Shown here piece after piece: positions 37,811 to 51,362 of a stretch of 64,000 bases of DNA. Position numbers and translations under genes: made by a program. Location: the NCBI GenBank assembly GCA_950097015.1, contig CATNEN010000003.1:15066001-15130000 (forward strand). The letters are read 5' to 3'. Source of the stretch: Macrostomum hystrix (taxonomy: Eukaryota > Animalia > Platyhelminthes). The notes beneath the pieces are model-generated. The model was not told the origin of the DNA and made no database searches. It was given only the letters and a program-made list of their open reading frames with translations. The stretch's first letter is position 1. Each line of letters begins with the position of its first letter.

Positions 37811-38274
37811 ATAGGCAATGAGTTCATTTCGATCTCTAGAATCTTATCGAGTCCTACAGATAACTGGAAAAACTATATTTGTTTAACTGTCTCAAGCTAG
37901 ACATTAACAGTAGGACTACCAAGCCATTCTGCCGCCCGGTCGTATACCAAGAAGGAATTTCTCCCCCTGAAAATGTTTTTGGCAGCGTCCGCACGCGTTG
38001 GGTGTTGACTGCTTGGTTGACGATGGCGATGTTGGCGATGATGTACTGTGGTTGAGCTGCGCCTAATATTTTAGGCTTGATCAGTGAAACTGGAGAAATT
38101 AGCTTTAGTGTGTCCATAGTGGCCTAGTTCCACCTGTTGTAGCCCTTGAAGGTCCAGCAGTCCGTCTAGATAAAGGTCGGTGACCACCGAAGATGGAGAT
38201 GATGCAGGCACATTCGGGTGACATGCTGATAAATTTTTGAAGGCCTGGCTAGGCCGCACTGAGGCGCAGTGCTA

Positions 38275-38508
38275 ATTCGTGTATAGGTGTGTACGAAATA
38301 CACTAGCGCTTATGGGAAAAATCTGACCTTCGGCCAGAACCGTTGAATATCTCGAAGGTCTGTCGTGCTCTGTCGTGCACGACAAGCTTATGAGGGTTTC
38401 GAGCCTTAGATCTCCGTCGAAGGCGCCCAAAATGAAATGTGGCCTCGCCGCGGAATCGAGCTCCCGGACCTTGGTTCGAGAGCCAAACGGTGTCACCCAC
38501 AAGCCCCG
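38275..38508 (-). mobile_element. SINE family C copy
   Basis: Minus strand CCAAGGTCCGGGAGCTCGATTCCGCGGCGAGGCCACATTTCATTT matches the 40.0 kb copy. Confidence 0.6.
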
Positions 38509-39126
38509 TTAAACGAATCGTATTTTGAAGTTATTTTTTAAACAATGATTTTTGATTAGCCGGTTTGTAGATCTAAATCTTGCATGGACAGTACATTTGC
38601 GAAGTTAATCAGTAGCTGCATTCTGCATATTACTTATCATTCAGTTTTTCCTTGCTATATCAGTCTAGAAGTATAATGTGACAATTCACGAGTATATAGC
38701 ATTGGGGCAAGGTTGTACATCAAGCAAGGCATCCAATACTAGCTGAGCTAGTAGTGACAGAATCTGCAGGGAGTGAAGTTGCGAAGTCCATTTGGGCAGC
38801 CTCCTATCTCCATCTCAACAAATCCTTTCAAAGATGAGTTCTTGTCCGCGCGGAATGGATGAGACGGGACGGGAGTCTGTACCGGTCATATATCCCCATG
38901 CTCACCCAGTCTATATTCGCTCCCCTCTTCCCAACCCTGTTTTGCATTAAACCCCACACTGTATATAGAGCAAGGATCGTAAAAAAGGGAAAGTGATACC
39001 ACATTGCTAGGCTTGTTTTCTCCCCATCACCGACAACCCACCCCCTCGGCCTAGTCGAGTATTCTTCACTTATCCGTCCTTCGCGACTGACAGGTTTTAC
39101 ATTTTTCAGTTTTTGCGCTTTCTTGA

Positions 39127-39554
39127 ATGAAGTGCCGAACGCGCAGGTCCTCAGCAGCAGCAGCCGATGCCAATGCAGCTTCAGCATCTTCGTCGACATC
39201 CGGTCAGCGTCGTTATCAACGGCGTCACCATCGGCGTCGTCGCCGAAGAACGCCGTTCGCCAAGCGCGCCCAAGCGGCCGGTGTAGTTCAGGTGGCCTCC
39301 GGTGCCGGCGCTGTCGCCGCCTCCCTGGCCTGCCGGTTCGAGTCCTGCTTCGCCGGGTTTCTAGCTGTCGGCGTCTGGACTGGCGCCTTCTACGCTGTCA
39401 ACGGCCTGCTGACGGTGGCCGCTGCAAGGACCCGTCTGGCGCAGGCAAGGCTAGCGATCACTGGCATGGTGCTGAGCCTGCTCGCAGCGATGCTCGGTCT
39501 CATGGCCATCGGGATGGCTGTGGTCGGCATCCTGGTTGAGTCCGATTTGAAAAG
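39127..39554 (+). CDS. MS4A/CD20-like four-transmembrane protein, exon carrying TM1-TM3 (start uncertain)
   Basis: GVVQVASG (CD20-type GxxQI motif), VGVWTGAFYAVNGLL (cf. YPLWGGIMYIISG), third TM LAITGMVLSLLAAMLG. Donor AG|GTCTCA at 39554, phase 2. Confidence 0.65.
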
Positions 39555-39642
39555 GTCTCAGAGCTATTTGCTGCTCAACCACAATTGCTTTTATGGCGTC
39601 TCTCAGCCATATCTCATCCTCACTATCTACCTGTCTTTCTTT

Positions 39643-40003
39643 GAATCCACTTCTCATCCTTCCAATCCACTTCTCATCCTCCCAATTCACTTCTTATCCT
39701 TCCCAATCCGCTTCTCATCCTTCCCAATCCACTCCCCATCCTTCCAATCCGCTTCTCATCCTTCCCAATCCGCTTCTCATCCTTCCAATCCGCTTCTCAT
39801 CCTTCCCAATCCACTTCTCATCCTTCCAATCCACTTCTCATCCTTCCAATCCACTTCTCATCCTTCCCAATCCGCTTCTCATCCTTCCCAATCCGCTTCT
39901 CATCCTTCCCAATCCGCTTCTCATCCTTCCCAATCCGCTTCTCATCCTTCCCAATCCGCTTCTCATCCTTCCAATCCGCTTCTCTTTCTTCCAATCCGCT
40001 TCT
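39643..40003. repeat. 20-21-bp minisatellite (CCAATCCGCTTCTCATCCTTC)
   Basis: Intronic in the MS4A-like gene. Confidence 0.92.
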
Positions 40004-40260
40004 CGGGGGTCGGTGGCAGAGCGGTTAACGCGTTTGCCTCTCGCACCAAGGTTCCTTAGTTCGATTCCACGGCGAGGCCACATTTATTTGGGGCGCAGCC
40101 GCGGAGAGAAGGCTTGGGGGCTTGTCGTGCAATTTACGACCTTGAGGGCCAACCTCCAAGGCACAGTGAGAGTGTACACTGCCTGATGATGAGAAAGTCA
40201 GGGCAGATGTACACACGTGTGTGAGCGTGTGCCTGCGTACAGTATCTGTGTGCGTGTGTG
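40004..40260 (+). mobile_element. tRNA-derived SINE (family C), in the MS4A-like intron
   Basis: GGGGTCGGTGGCAGAGCGGTTAACGCG...AGTTCGATTCCACGGCGAGGCCACATTT. Shares sequence with copies at 38.3-38.5 kb and 55.3-55.45 kb. Confidence 0.7.
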
Positions 40261-40524
40261 CTCAAGAGTCAGCGAAATGGGCAGAATTGCCTCTTCGCAG
40301 GCTGCGGGTCTAGTGTCACCGAATGATGTGCCATTGCCCGCAGCCCTCCTGCAATTATTATTAATGTTAATCTTCTCCAATCTACTTAATTTCAATCAGA
40401 CTTAGACTACCTTCTAAACTTTCGATATTCTTCTATTTAATATGCGATCTACCACAGATCTGATAATCTACCTCGCTGCTGATGAATGCTAAGCACGCAT
40501 AGGATATGCTAATCTGTCTCCCAG

Positions 40525-41020
40525 GTACTACACGGCGGCAGCACTGGATTTTGGCGGCTGTGACTCCCGCTGCCGCGGCTCCGACAAGCGGATCTTCCTG
40601 CACGTGATCTCCGTGGTGTCTCATTCGACCCAGATTGCTGCGAGTTGTCTGCAATCGATCCTAGCGTTCAAGCGCTATCTTTACTTTGTTAACGAAAGTT
40701 GCGGACTAATACAAAGCAGTAGTCAAGATGATCTAGAATTCAACGCTGAAGATGGCGAAAATTATGCCAGAAATCGGTCTGAGTTCATTCCGCTAACTGA
40801 GCGCAGTCGGATTCAATCGGATTTGACACCGCCGCAGGCGCTGGTGATCAGGAACTTATCAGGAACAGCAGACAGTGGACCGTCCGGCGGGGATGACAGC
40901 CGAAGATCAGCAGCAGCAGCAGCAGCAGAATCGGGACTGCCACCAACAGCGATTGTTCAAAGTCCTCAGACGTCATCGAATGATAGGAATTTTTGCCTAC
41001 CACCAACGATGCAGCAACAG

Positions 41021-41051
<31 letters not shown>

Positions 41052-41134
41052 CTCAAGCTTGGGCCCCACAGTTTCAACAATTTCATTTATTTAATCAGCA
41101 TCAGCAGCAGCAGAAGATAGTGTTTCACTATTAA
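40525..41134 (+). CDS. MS4A/CD20-like protein, last exon (extracellular loop, TM4, polyQ cytoplasmic tail)
   Basis: Acceptor ctcccag|G in phase 2 joins in frame: YYTAAALDFGGCDSRCRGSDKRIFLHVISVVSHSTQIAASCLQSILAF... to TAA at 41134. AATAAA near 41175. Confidence 0.65.
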
Positions 41135-41352
41135 TAATTAAAATGTTGAGTAAATTTTTATTCCAATGTTATTAAATAAATCATTAAGTCATATTACCGG
41201 ACATAATTAGTTAATATAATAATGTACTTCAGGTAATAATGTACTTCAAGCCTTTGAATTTTGATTCGCAAAAATACAACTACGATTAAATAATTAAAAA
41301 TATTCTTTTTGGTATTTTACACTTCAAATCCCTAAAAGCTAAAAAAGAGTAG

Positions 41353-42060
41353 GAAAAGCTAATGATTTGGCTAATGCTATTAGAAAGCTAATGATTTGGC
41401 TAATGCTATTGGAAAGCTAATGATTTGGCTAATGCTATTGGAAAGCTAATGATTTGGCTAATGCTATTGAAAAGCTAATGGTTTGACTAATGCTATTGAA
41501 AAGCTAATGATTTGGCTAATGCTATTAGAAAGCTTATGATTTGGCTAATGCTATTGAAAAGCTAATGATTTGGCTAATGCTATTAGAAAGCTAATGATTT
41601 GGCTAATGCTATTGAAAAGCTAATGATTTGGCTAATGCTATTGGAAAGCTAATGATTTGGCTAATGCTATTGGAAAGCTAATGATTTGGCTAATGCTATT
41701 AGAAAGCTAATGATTTGGCTAATGCTATTGAAAAGCTAATGATTTGGCTAATGCTATTGGAAAGCTAATGATTTGGCTAATGCTATTGAAAAGCTAATGA
41801 TTTGGCTAATGCTATTGAAAAGCTAATGATTTGGCTAATGCTATTGAAAAGCTAATGATTTGGCTAATGCTATTGGAAAGCTAATGATTTGGCTAATGCT
41901 ATTGGAAAGCTAATGATTTGGCTAATGCTATTGGAAAGCTAATGATTTGGCTAATGCTATTGGAAAGCTAATGATTTGGCTAATGCTATTAGAAAGCTAA
42001 TGATTTGGCTAATGCTATTGAAAAGCTAATGATTTGACTAATGCTATTGAAAAAGCTAAT
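41353..42060. repeat. 29-bp minisatellite (AAAGCTAATGATTTGGCTAATGCTATTGR)
   Basis: Period of 29 verified. Confidence 0.95.
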
Positions 42061-42589
42061 GGCATAGAACAGCTAAAATCTAACTAAAAGCGACATCAAA
42101 TGACACGCTGAATCTAAAAGTACAAAATTGTGAATCTGTGAACAGAAAACAAACAAAGAAGCTTTATTGAAAATATGCTTCTAAACTACAGGCGAAATTC
42201 TTTTTTGCTCGTGCCTAGTCGGGGGAGAATTTCTTCTTGCTTTTTGTCTTCTAATGCAAGATAGCTTTTAGCCCGAATAAGTTGGCGAGTATAGAAGCAG
42301 AAATTTAGAAGCTAAGGTTAATCAGCCTCGGCTATAATCAGTGATCAGACTTTTAGCCTCAATCGATCAAAAACTCCTCTGTGCTACGGGACATTAATAA
42401 TCAGGAGAGTTGGAAAGAACTGGTGAGACTCGGATGGTAATGGGATTCTGAGTCTACTGTGAGCCTGAAGGCGGTTGATAATGCATGAAATATTTGATTT
42501 AATGACAAAAAAGCGTGGATGGAAAAAGTTGGTGCAAAAGATTTTGAAAGATTTAGTAAGGTACTGATGATGATATTAGGGAATTCAAC

Positions 42590-43268
42590 GAAGAGAGTGT
42601 GAGATTAGTGCTGGGGAGTTTGAGATTTGTGCTGAGGAGTTTGAGATTAGTGCTGACGAGTGTGAGATTTGTGCTGAGGAGTTTGAGATTCGGTTAGAAG
42701 AGTGTGAGATTTGGGTAGGAGGGTGAGAGATTTGGGTGAGAGGGTGTGAGATTCGTGTAGGAGGGTATGAAATTTGTGTAGGAGGGTGTGAGATTCGGGT
42801 AGGAGGGTGTGAGATTTGTGTAGGAGGGTGTGAGATTTGTGTAGGAGTGTGTGAGATTCGTGTAGGAGGGTGTGAGATTCGTGTAGGAGTGTGTGAGATT
42901 TGTGTAGGAGGGTGTGAGATTCGTGTAGGATGGTGTGAGATTCGTGTAGGAGTGTGTGAGATTTGTGTAGGAGGGTGTGAGATTTGTGTAGGAGGGTGTG
43001 AGATTCGTGTAGGATGGTGTGAGATTCGTGTAGGAGTGTGTGAGATTTGTGTAGGAGGGTGTGAGATTTGTGTAGGAGTGTGTGAGATTTGTGTAGGAGT
43101 GTGTGAGATTCGTGTAGGAGGGTGTGAGATTCGTGTAGGAGTGTGTGAGATTTGTGTAGGAGTGTGTGAGATTCGGGTAGGAGGGTGTGAGATTCGTGTA
43201 GGAGGGTATGAAATTTGTGTAGGAGGGTGTGAGATTCGGGTAGGAGGGTGTGAGATTCGGGTAGGAGA
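42590..43268 (-). repeat. 21-bp minisatellite, left arm of an inverted pair
   Basis: (GTGAGATTCGKGTAGGAGGGT)n is the reverse complement of the 43.77-44.39 kb array. Confidence 0.95.
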
Positions 43269-43767
43269 CTGCGACATTTCGGTACAATAGTGTTTCAGAT
43301 ATATTTTGATTGAGTTGATTATTGGCAGAGGTTTTTGTTGAGTAGATAATCGCTTGAGTAAATTTCGCTGGTTTGTCTGAGTTTGGCAAGATGAGAACTA
43401 TCTCTATGACTATAAAAATATGAGTACCAGTGTATAGCTAGCTCAAACGCCCCATTTGTTGACGCACGATAATGAGAGTCAAGCTACAATGTAACTTGTC
43501 AGTAAGCATTAGGAAAGCAGCTTTTAGTGACATGCATCACTGGCTTTATTTATTTGCTTTTCGTCGCTTGTGAGAACAAAAATTAGTTGATGGAAAGCGA
43601 AAGTTTGGGGCGCGCTGCTAGTCTGGAAGGCTATAAAATATGAAAATATTTGTCATTTTCTGATGATGCTGATCACGTGATCTGCAAACCATGTGATATT
43701 GACTTGTGATGGATTCATTACTATCCATTATTTTCGTTTTGGATACCAGTTTTTTTCACATTCCAAC

Positions 43768-44385
43768 CAAATCTCACACCCTCCTACCCGAATCTCACAC
43801 CCTCCTACCCGAATCTCACACCCTCCTACCCGAATTTCACACCCTCCTACACGAATCTCACACCCTCCTACCCGAATCTCACACCCTCCTACCCGAATCT
43901 CACACCCTCCTACCCGAATCTCATACCCTCCTACCCGAATCTCACACCCTCCTACACGAATCTCACACCCTCCTACCCGAATCTCACACCCTCCTACCCG
44001 AATCTCACACCCTCCTACCCGAATCTCATACCCTCCTACCCGAATCTCACACCCTCCTACACGAATCTCACACCCTCCTACCCGAATCTCACACCCTCCT
44101 ACCCGAATCTCACACCCTCCTATCCGAATCTCACACCCTCCTACCCGAATCTCACACCCTCCTACCCGAATCTCACACCCTCCTACCCGAATCTCACACC
44201 CTCCTACCCGAATCTCACACCCTCCTACCCGAATCTCACACCCTCCTACCCGAATCTCACACCCTCCTACCCGAATCTCACACCCTCCTACCCGAATCTC
44301 ACACCCTCCTACCCGAATCTCACACCCTCCTACCCGAATCTCACAGTCTTCTAACCGAATTTCACACCCTCCTACCCGAATCTCA
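43768..44385 (+). repeat. 21-bp minisatellite (ACCCGAATCTCACACCCTCCT), right arm of an inverted pair
   Basis: Direct inspection. Confidence 0.95.
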
Positions 44386-44924
44386 ATTTTTTGATTAGGC
44401 GAAAACGAAAACAGGAAAATAATATTGCAAGTTTTACCTTGACATTTACAATGCGAGAATGTGGTTGAATGGATATATTTTAACAAAATCTAACGTTACT
44501 TTCAAGTACCTTTTGAATCGCCATATAAGTACGAACTGAGTAGTTCAGAATGTTCGAAATTTTGTTTATTATCGAAACGAAAATTAGGAAAAAGAAACAT
44601 GGATTAACTGTTTTGTACAAAGAAGAAATTGATTTAAAACACCTCATTTGACTAGCACTGCTAGAGATGAAGGAAACAGTATTATACTAGTAAATAAGTA
44701 TTATGTTTTCTAATCATTTTGTTTTAATTGACAACGACATTGGCATGCAAGGCAGTTGAAATTTCTCGAAAACTAAAGTTAGAAAAAACTTACAAAAGTG
44801 TTTTTTTAAAGACAAACACGAGACCAAAAATGCTTATTTTGATAAGTTTTCGATTTTATCAGACGTGTTAGATTTCTCCTTTAGCGTTAATGGTCCATTG
44901 TATAATTAACTTTGGGAATTCTGG

Positions 44925-45410
44925 ACATACAGACAGCCACTAAGGACAGACAGACACTCAGGACAGATAGACACTCTGGACAGACAGACACTTACGACAG
45001 ACAGACACTCGGGACAGACAGACACTCAGCACAGACAGACACTCTGGACAGACAGACACTCAGGACAGACAGACACTCAGGACAGACAGACACTCAGGAC
45101 AGATAGACACTCTGGACAGACAGACACTCTGGACAGACAGACACTTACGACAGACAGACACTCTGGACAGACAGACACTCAGCACAGACAGACACTCTGG
45201 ACAGACAGACACTCAGGACAGACAGACACTCAGGACAGACAGACACTCAGGACAGATAGACACTCTGGACAGACAGACACTTACGACAGACAGACACTCG
45301 GGACAGACAGACACTCAGCACAGACAGACACTCTGGACAGACAGACACTCAGGATAGACGGACATTTACGATGGAGAGACACTCAGGATAGTCACTCAGG
45401 ACAGACAGAC
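44925..45410. repeat. GACA-based 17-18-bp minisatellite (GGACAGACAGACACTCW)
   Basis: Downstream of the delphilin stop, possibly in the 3' UTR. Confidence 0.92.
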
Positions 45411-45586
45411 ATAGTTACAAGCGAGAATGGACAGGAAAGGACAAATTGAAACATTTTACGCTGACGCAACATGACACGCGAAATAAGTTACAATTCTTCG
45501 GTAAGTAATGTCAACAATGAAAGCACCTTTTTAGCAAAATGTCAACACTGAAACTTTGTACGAAAACCGAAACGATTTAACAGAAC

Positions 45587-45793
45587 TCAAAGTTTCTTTT
45601 GTCGCTCCACATTGTAATGATGAGCCTTCTCTAACTGGAACATGAAGGTGGCGAATGTGCCGAATACTTCGTCTGTGGACACTCGCCTGGGATTCTCGCC
45701 GAAGAATCTCAGCATCGAGTGGAACTGCGCCTCGCTGGTTGATTGTAGAGCGTAGAGGGCCTGGATTTCACCACTGGCTTGGGACAGGAATTT
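45587..45793 (-). CDS. GRID2IP: Delphilin last coding exon (FH2 C-terminus, stop)
   Basis: KFLSQASGEIQ...LRFFGENPRRVSTDEVFGTFATFMFQLEKAHHYNVERQKKL* with TGA at 45589-45587. No DAD tail, as in delphilins. Confidence 0.9.
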   Translation of the reverse strand, partial: KFLSQASGEIQALYALQSTSEAQFHSMLRFFGENPRRVSTDEVFGTFATFMFQLEKAHHYNVERQKKL

Positions 45794-45884
45794 CTGGAAG
45801 CAGCCAGTCAGTTGCTTCTTTATATATATTATTAACTGGTTTTTATACAGGAATATGAACTTAATTTAAAATAACTATTCTTAC

Positions 45885-45965
45885 AGTCATTGATTCTTGA
45901 AATCTGTCCTGATGCTGACCGCTGTTGACAAGTCTTGACAGAGCTTGGACAGTTCCTTCAATGTC
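45885..45965 (-). CDS. GRID2IP: Delphilin FH2 exon
   Basis: DIEGTVQALSRLVNSGQHQDRFQESMT (FH2 D[KR]F..M motif). Splice sites ttccag| and |GTAAGA. Confidence 0.82.
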
Positions 45966-45975
45966 CTGGAATTGG

Positions 45976-46374
<399 letters not shown>

Positions 46375-46959
46375 CATCTGGGCTAAAGTCCGAAACTCCT
46401 TATTCGGTTCCCAACGCCTTGACCAGAAAGTTCATTATCTCCCAGCTCTCTCCTTCCCCCACTCTCTCTCTTGTAGGTCCTTCATCATTCTGTCGCAGCT
46501 TCACTCGTCGAAAAGTGTTCCTCTCACGCGAGCACGATATTGAGGTCCGTGTTAGCTATAGCTACGAAACTCGAGACAGAACCAGAAGAGCGAGCATGAG
46601 AATTCTTATTGGAAGGGTTAAGCTTGTGCGAACTGAGGGTCGAAAGTACAAGCTATTTGGGAATATACAAAAGTTTGCAAACTGGTTGAATTCCGGTTTG
46701 AAAAACTTGCCTTTCCACGAAGCATCGTAGCACGAAAACTCCCATGCCCACAAAACCCAAAAAATTCCCAGTACAGAAAGTTCCCATTCGTGGAAAATTC
46801 TGGGCCTGAAGTTTTTCAAACTTCCCATTCCCCAAAGTGAATATTCCGTTGCTAATCGCGTTCTTAAAACTACCTTCCTTGAAATATCTCATCCCTAAAC
46901 TATCCTACTCCTTAAGTATTCCATTCCATAAATATATTTTCCTGAAGTATATCATTTAG

Positions 46960-48140
46960 AAATATCCCATCCCAAAAATATCCCATTCCCTGTATATCCC
47001 ATTCCCTAAATATCCCATTCTCTAAATACGAGCGTATCCCATATATCTCGTATATATCTCGTATCCCATTCTCTAAATATCCCATTCTCTAAATATCCCA
47101 TTCTCTAAATATCCCATTCTCTAAATATCCCATTCCCTAAATATCCCATTCTTTAAATATCCCATTCTCTAAATATCCCATTCTCTAAATATCCCATTCT
47201 CTAAATATCCCATTCTCTAAATATCCGATTCTCTAAATATCCCATTCTCTAAATATCCCTTTCTCTAAATATCCCATTCTCTAAATATCCCATTCTCTAA
47301 ATATCCCATTCTCTGAATATCCCATTCTCTAAATATCCCATTCTCTAAATATCCCATTCTCTAAATATCCCATTCTCTAAATATCCCATTCCCTAAATAT
47401 CCCATTCTCTAAATATGCCATTCTCTAAATATCCCATTCTCTAAATATCCCATTCTCTAAATATCCAATTCTCTAAGTATCCCATTCTCTAAATATCCCA
47501 TTCTCTAAATATCCCATTCTCTAAATATCCCATTCTCTGAATATCCCATTCTCTAAATATCCCATTCTCTAAATATCCCATTCTCTAAATATCCCATTCT
47601 CTAAATATCCCATTCTCTAAATATCCCATTCTCTAAGTATCCCATTCCCTAAATATCCCATTCTCTAAATATCCCATTCTCTAAATATCCCATTCTCTGA
47701 ATATCCCATTCTCTAAATATCCCATTCTCTAAATATCCCATTCTCTAAATATCCCATTCTCTAAATATCCCATTCCCTAAATATCCCATTCTCTAAATAT
47801 GCCATTCTCTAAATATCCCATTCTCTAAATATCCCATTCTCTAAATATCCCATTCTCTAAATATCCCATTCTCTAAATATCCCATTCTCTAAATATCCCA
47901 TTCCCTAAACATCACATTCTCTAAATATCCCATTCTCTAAATATCAAATTCTCTACATATCCCATTCTCTAAATATCCCATTCTCTAAATATCCCATTCT
48001 CTAAATATCTCATTCTCTAAATATCCCATTCTCTAAATATCCGATTCTCTAAATATCCCATTCTCTAAATATCCCATTCTCTAAATATCCCATTCTCTAA
48101 ATATCCCATTCTCTAAATATCCCATTCTCTAAATATCCCA
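46960..48140. repeat. 16-bp minisatellite (AAATATCCCATTCTCT)
   Basis: Period of 16 verified. Confidence 0.96.
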
Positions 48141-48234
48141 CTCCTAAAATGTCGAATTCCTGAAATATCCTATTCCGAACCAATTTTACTAAATTTCAAT
48201 TTCAGGTAAATAACAAGCATCGCTAGTGGCTCAC

Positions 48235-48306
48235 CCTTGCATCAACATTCTCGAAGGCTCTGGGGTCTTGCAGCGAAACCAACTCCTTCAGAGTAGAGCC
48301 CGTTTC
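48235..48306 (-). CDS. GRID2IP: Candidate cassette or mutually exclusive delphilin FH2 exon (72 nt)
   Basis: Splice sites ttttag|GAA and AGG|GTGAGC, phase 0/0, open frame ETGSTLKELVSLQDPRAFENVDAR. Confidence 0.55.
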
Positions 48307-48395
48307 CTAAAAGTACATTTAAAAATACTTCTATTTGAGATTTTTTATGTCGCTGCACGCAATCACAAAGTTATCGGCTTTTAGACAACTTTTAC

Positions 48396-48448
48396 CTGCA
48401 GCAATTTCTTCAGCTCGTTCACCTCTTCTGCAAGTGCTGCATTTGATA
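48396..48448 (-). CDS. GRID2IP: Delphilin FH2 exon
   Basis: VSNAALAEEVNELKKLLQ. Splice sites ttttcag| and CAG|GTAAAA. Confidence 0.85.
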
Positions 48449-48627
48449 CTGAAAGAGATTTAATTTATTGATGAAAGGCTATTGATTTATTAAACGGCAT
48501 GAATCAATCAATACATTACCAAATCTTAAATTGTACTTTTTGCAGTACTAACACTAAGATAAATATAACACACTGCGATTAAAATGTTCTTTCAAACCAA
48601 AATACGGCATACATCCTTGCACATTTC

Positions 48628-51283
48628 ATCCACTCAGAGGCTAGACTAGCAATCCATTCTATCCATCTATCCACTGAGGCTAGACTAGCAATCCATTCTA
48701 TTCATCTATCCACTGAGGCTAGACTAGCAATCCATTCTATTCCTCTATCCACTGAGGCTAGACTAGCAATCCATTCTATTCATCTATCCACTGAGGCTAG
48801 ACTAGCAATCCATTCTATTCCTTTCATCCACTGAGAGGCTAGACTAGCAATCCATTCTATTCCTTTCATCCACTCAGAGGCTAGACTAGCAATCCATTCT
48901 ATTCATCTATCCACTGAGGCTAGACTAGCAATCCATTCTATTCATCTATCCACTGAGGCTAGACTAGCAATCCATTCTATATATCTATCCACTGAGGCTA
49001 GACTAGCAATCCATTCTATTCATCTATCCACTGAGGCTAGACTAGCAATCCATTCTATTCATCTATCCACTGAGGCTAGGCTAGCAATCCATTCTATTCA
49101 TCTATCCACTGAGGCTAGACTAGCAATCCATTCTATTCATCTATCCACTGAGGCTAGGCTAGCAATCCATTCTATTCATCTATCCACTGAGGCTAGACTA
49201 GCAATCCATTCTATTCATCTATCCACTGAGGCTAGGCTAGCAATCCATTCTATTCATCTATCCACTGAGGCTAGACTAGCAATCCATTCTATTCATCTAT
49301 CCACTGAGGCTAGGCTAGCAATCCATTCTATTCATCTATCCACTGAGGCTAGGCTAGCAATCCATTCTATTCATCTATCCACTGAGGCTAGACTAGCAAT
49401 CCATTCTATTTATCTATCCACTGAGGCTAGACTAGCAACCCATTCTATATATCTATCCACTGAGGCTAGACTAGCAATCCATTCTATTCATCTATCCACT
49501 GAGGCTAGACTTAGCAATCCATTCTATTCATCTATCCACTGAGGCTAGGCTAGCAATCCATTCTATTCCTCTATCCACCGAGGCTAGGCTAGCAATCCAT
49601 TCTATTCATCTATCCACTGAGGCTAGACTAGCAATCCATTCTATTTATCTATCCACTGAGGCTAGACTAGCAATCCATTCTATTCCTCTATCCACTGAGG
49701 CTAGACTAGCAATCCATTCTATTTATCTATCCACTGAGGCTAGACTAGCAATCCATTCTATTTATCTATCCACTGAGGCTAGACTAGCAATCCATTCTAT
49801 TCATCTATCCACTGAGGCTAGACTAGCAATCCATTCTATATATCTATCCACTGAGGCTAGACTAGCAACCCATTCTATATATCTATCCACTGAGGCTAGA
49901 CTAACAATCCATTCTATTCATCTATCCACTGAGGCTAGACTAGCAATCCATTCTATTCATCTATCCACTGAGGCTAGACTTAGCAATCCATTCTATTCAT
50001 CTATCCACTGAGGCTAGGCTAGCAATCCATTCTTTTCCTCTATCCACTGAGGCTAGGCTAGCAATCCATTCTATTCCTCTATCCACCGAGGCTAGGCTAG
50101 CAATCCATTCTATTCATCTATCCACTGAGGCTAGACTAGCAATCCATTCTATTTATCTATCCACTGAGGCTAGACTAGCAATCCATTCTATTTATCTATC
50201 CACTGAGGCTAGACTAGCAATCCATTCTATATATCTATCCACTGAGGCTAGACTAGCAATCCATTCTATTCATCTATCCACTGAGGCTAGACTAGCAATC
50301 CATTCTATATATCTATCCACTGAGGCTAGACTAGCAACCCATTCTATATATCTATCCACTGAGGCTAGACTAACAATCCATTCTATTCATCTATCCACTG
50401 AGGCTAGACTAGCAATCCATTCTATTCATCTATCCACTGAGGCTAGGCTAGCAATCCATTCTATATATCTATCCACTGAGGCTAGACTAGCAACCCATTC
50501 TATATATCTATCCACTGAGGCTAGACTAGCAATCCATTCTATTCATCTATCCACTGAGGCTAGACTAGCAATCCATTCTATTCATCTATCCACTGAGGCT
50601 AGGCTAGCAATCCATTCTATTCCTCTATCCACCGAGGCTAGGCTAGCAATCCATTCTATTCATCTATCCACTGAGGCTAGACTAGCAATCCATTCTATTT
50701 ATCTATCCACTGAGGCTAGACTAGCAATCCATTCTATTCCTCTATCCACTGAGGCTAGACTAGCAATCCATTCTATTTATCTATCCACTGAGGCTAGACT
50801 AGCAATCCATTCTATTTATCTATCCACTGAGGCTAGACTAGCAATCCATTCTATATATCTATCCACTGAGGCTAGACTAACAATCCATTCTATTCATCTA
50901 TCCACTGAGGCTAGACTAGCAATCCATTCTATATATCTATCCACTGAGGCTAGACTAGCAACCCATTCTATATATCTATCCACTGAGGCTAGACTAACAA
51001 TCCATTCTATTCATCTATCCACTGAGGCTAGACTAGCAATCCATTCTATTCATCTATCCACTGAGGCTAGACTAGCAATCCATTCTATATATCTATCCAC
51101 TGAGGCTAGACTAGCAACCCATTCTATATATCTATCCACTGAGGCTAGACTAACAATCCATTCTATTCATCTATCCACTGAGGCTAGACTAGCAATCCAT
51201 TCTATTTATCTATCCACTGAGAGGCTAGACTAGCAATCCATTCTATTCCTTCATCCACTGAGAGGCTAGACTAGCAATCCATT
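48628..51283. repeat. 39-bp minisatellite (CCACTGAGGCTAGACTAGCAATCCATTCTATTCATCTAT), ~68 copies
   Basis: Direct inspection. Confidence 0.97.
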
Positions 51284-51350
51284 GTTTGTTTAATGGAAAT
51301 CTTGTTCTTTTATGGCAAAAAATGACGGACAAAAAGGCAGAATGACTCAC

Positions 51351-51362
51351 CAATTTTCTCAG
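51351..51362 (-). CDS. GRID2IP: Candidate 12-nt microexon in delphilin FH2 (adds AEKI)
   Basis: tttttgcttttacatatttcag|CTGAGAAAATTG|GTGAGT. Frame-preserving, phase 1/1. Confidence 0.45.
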
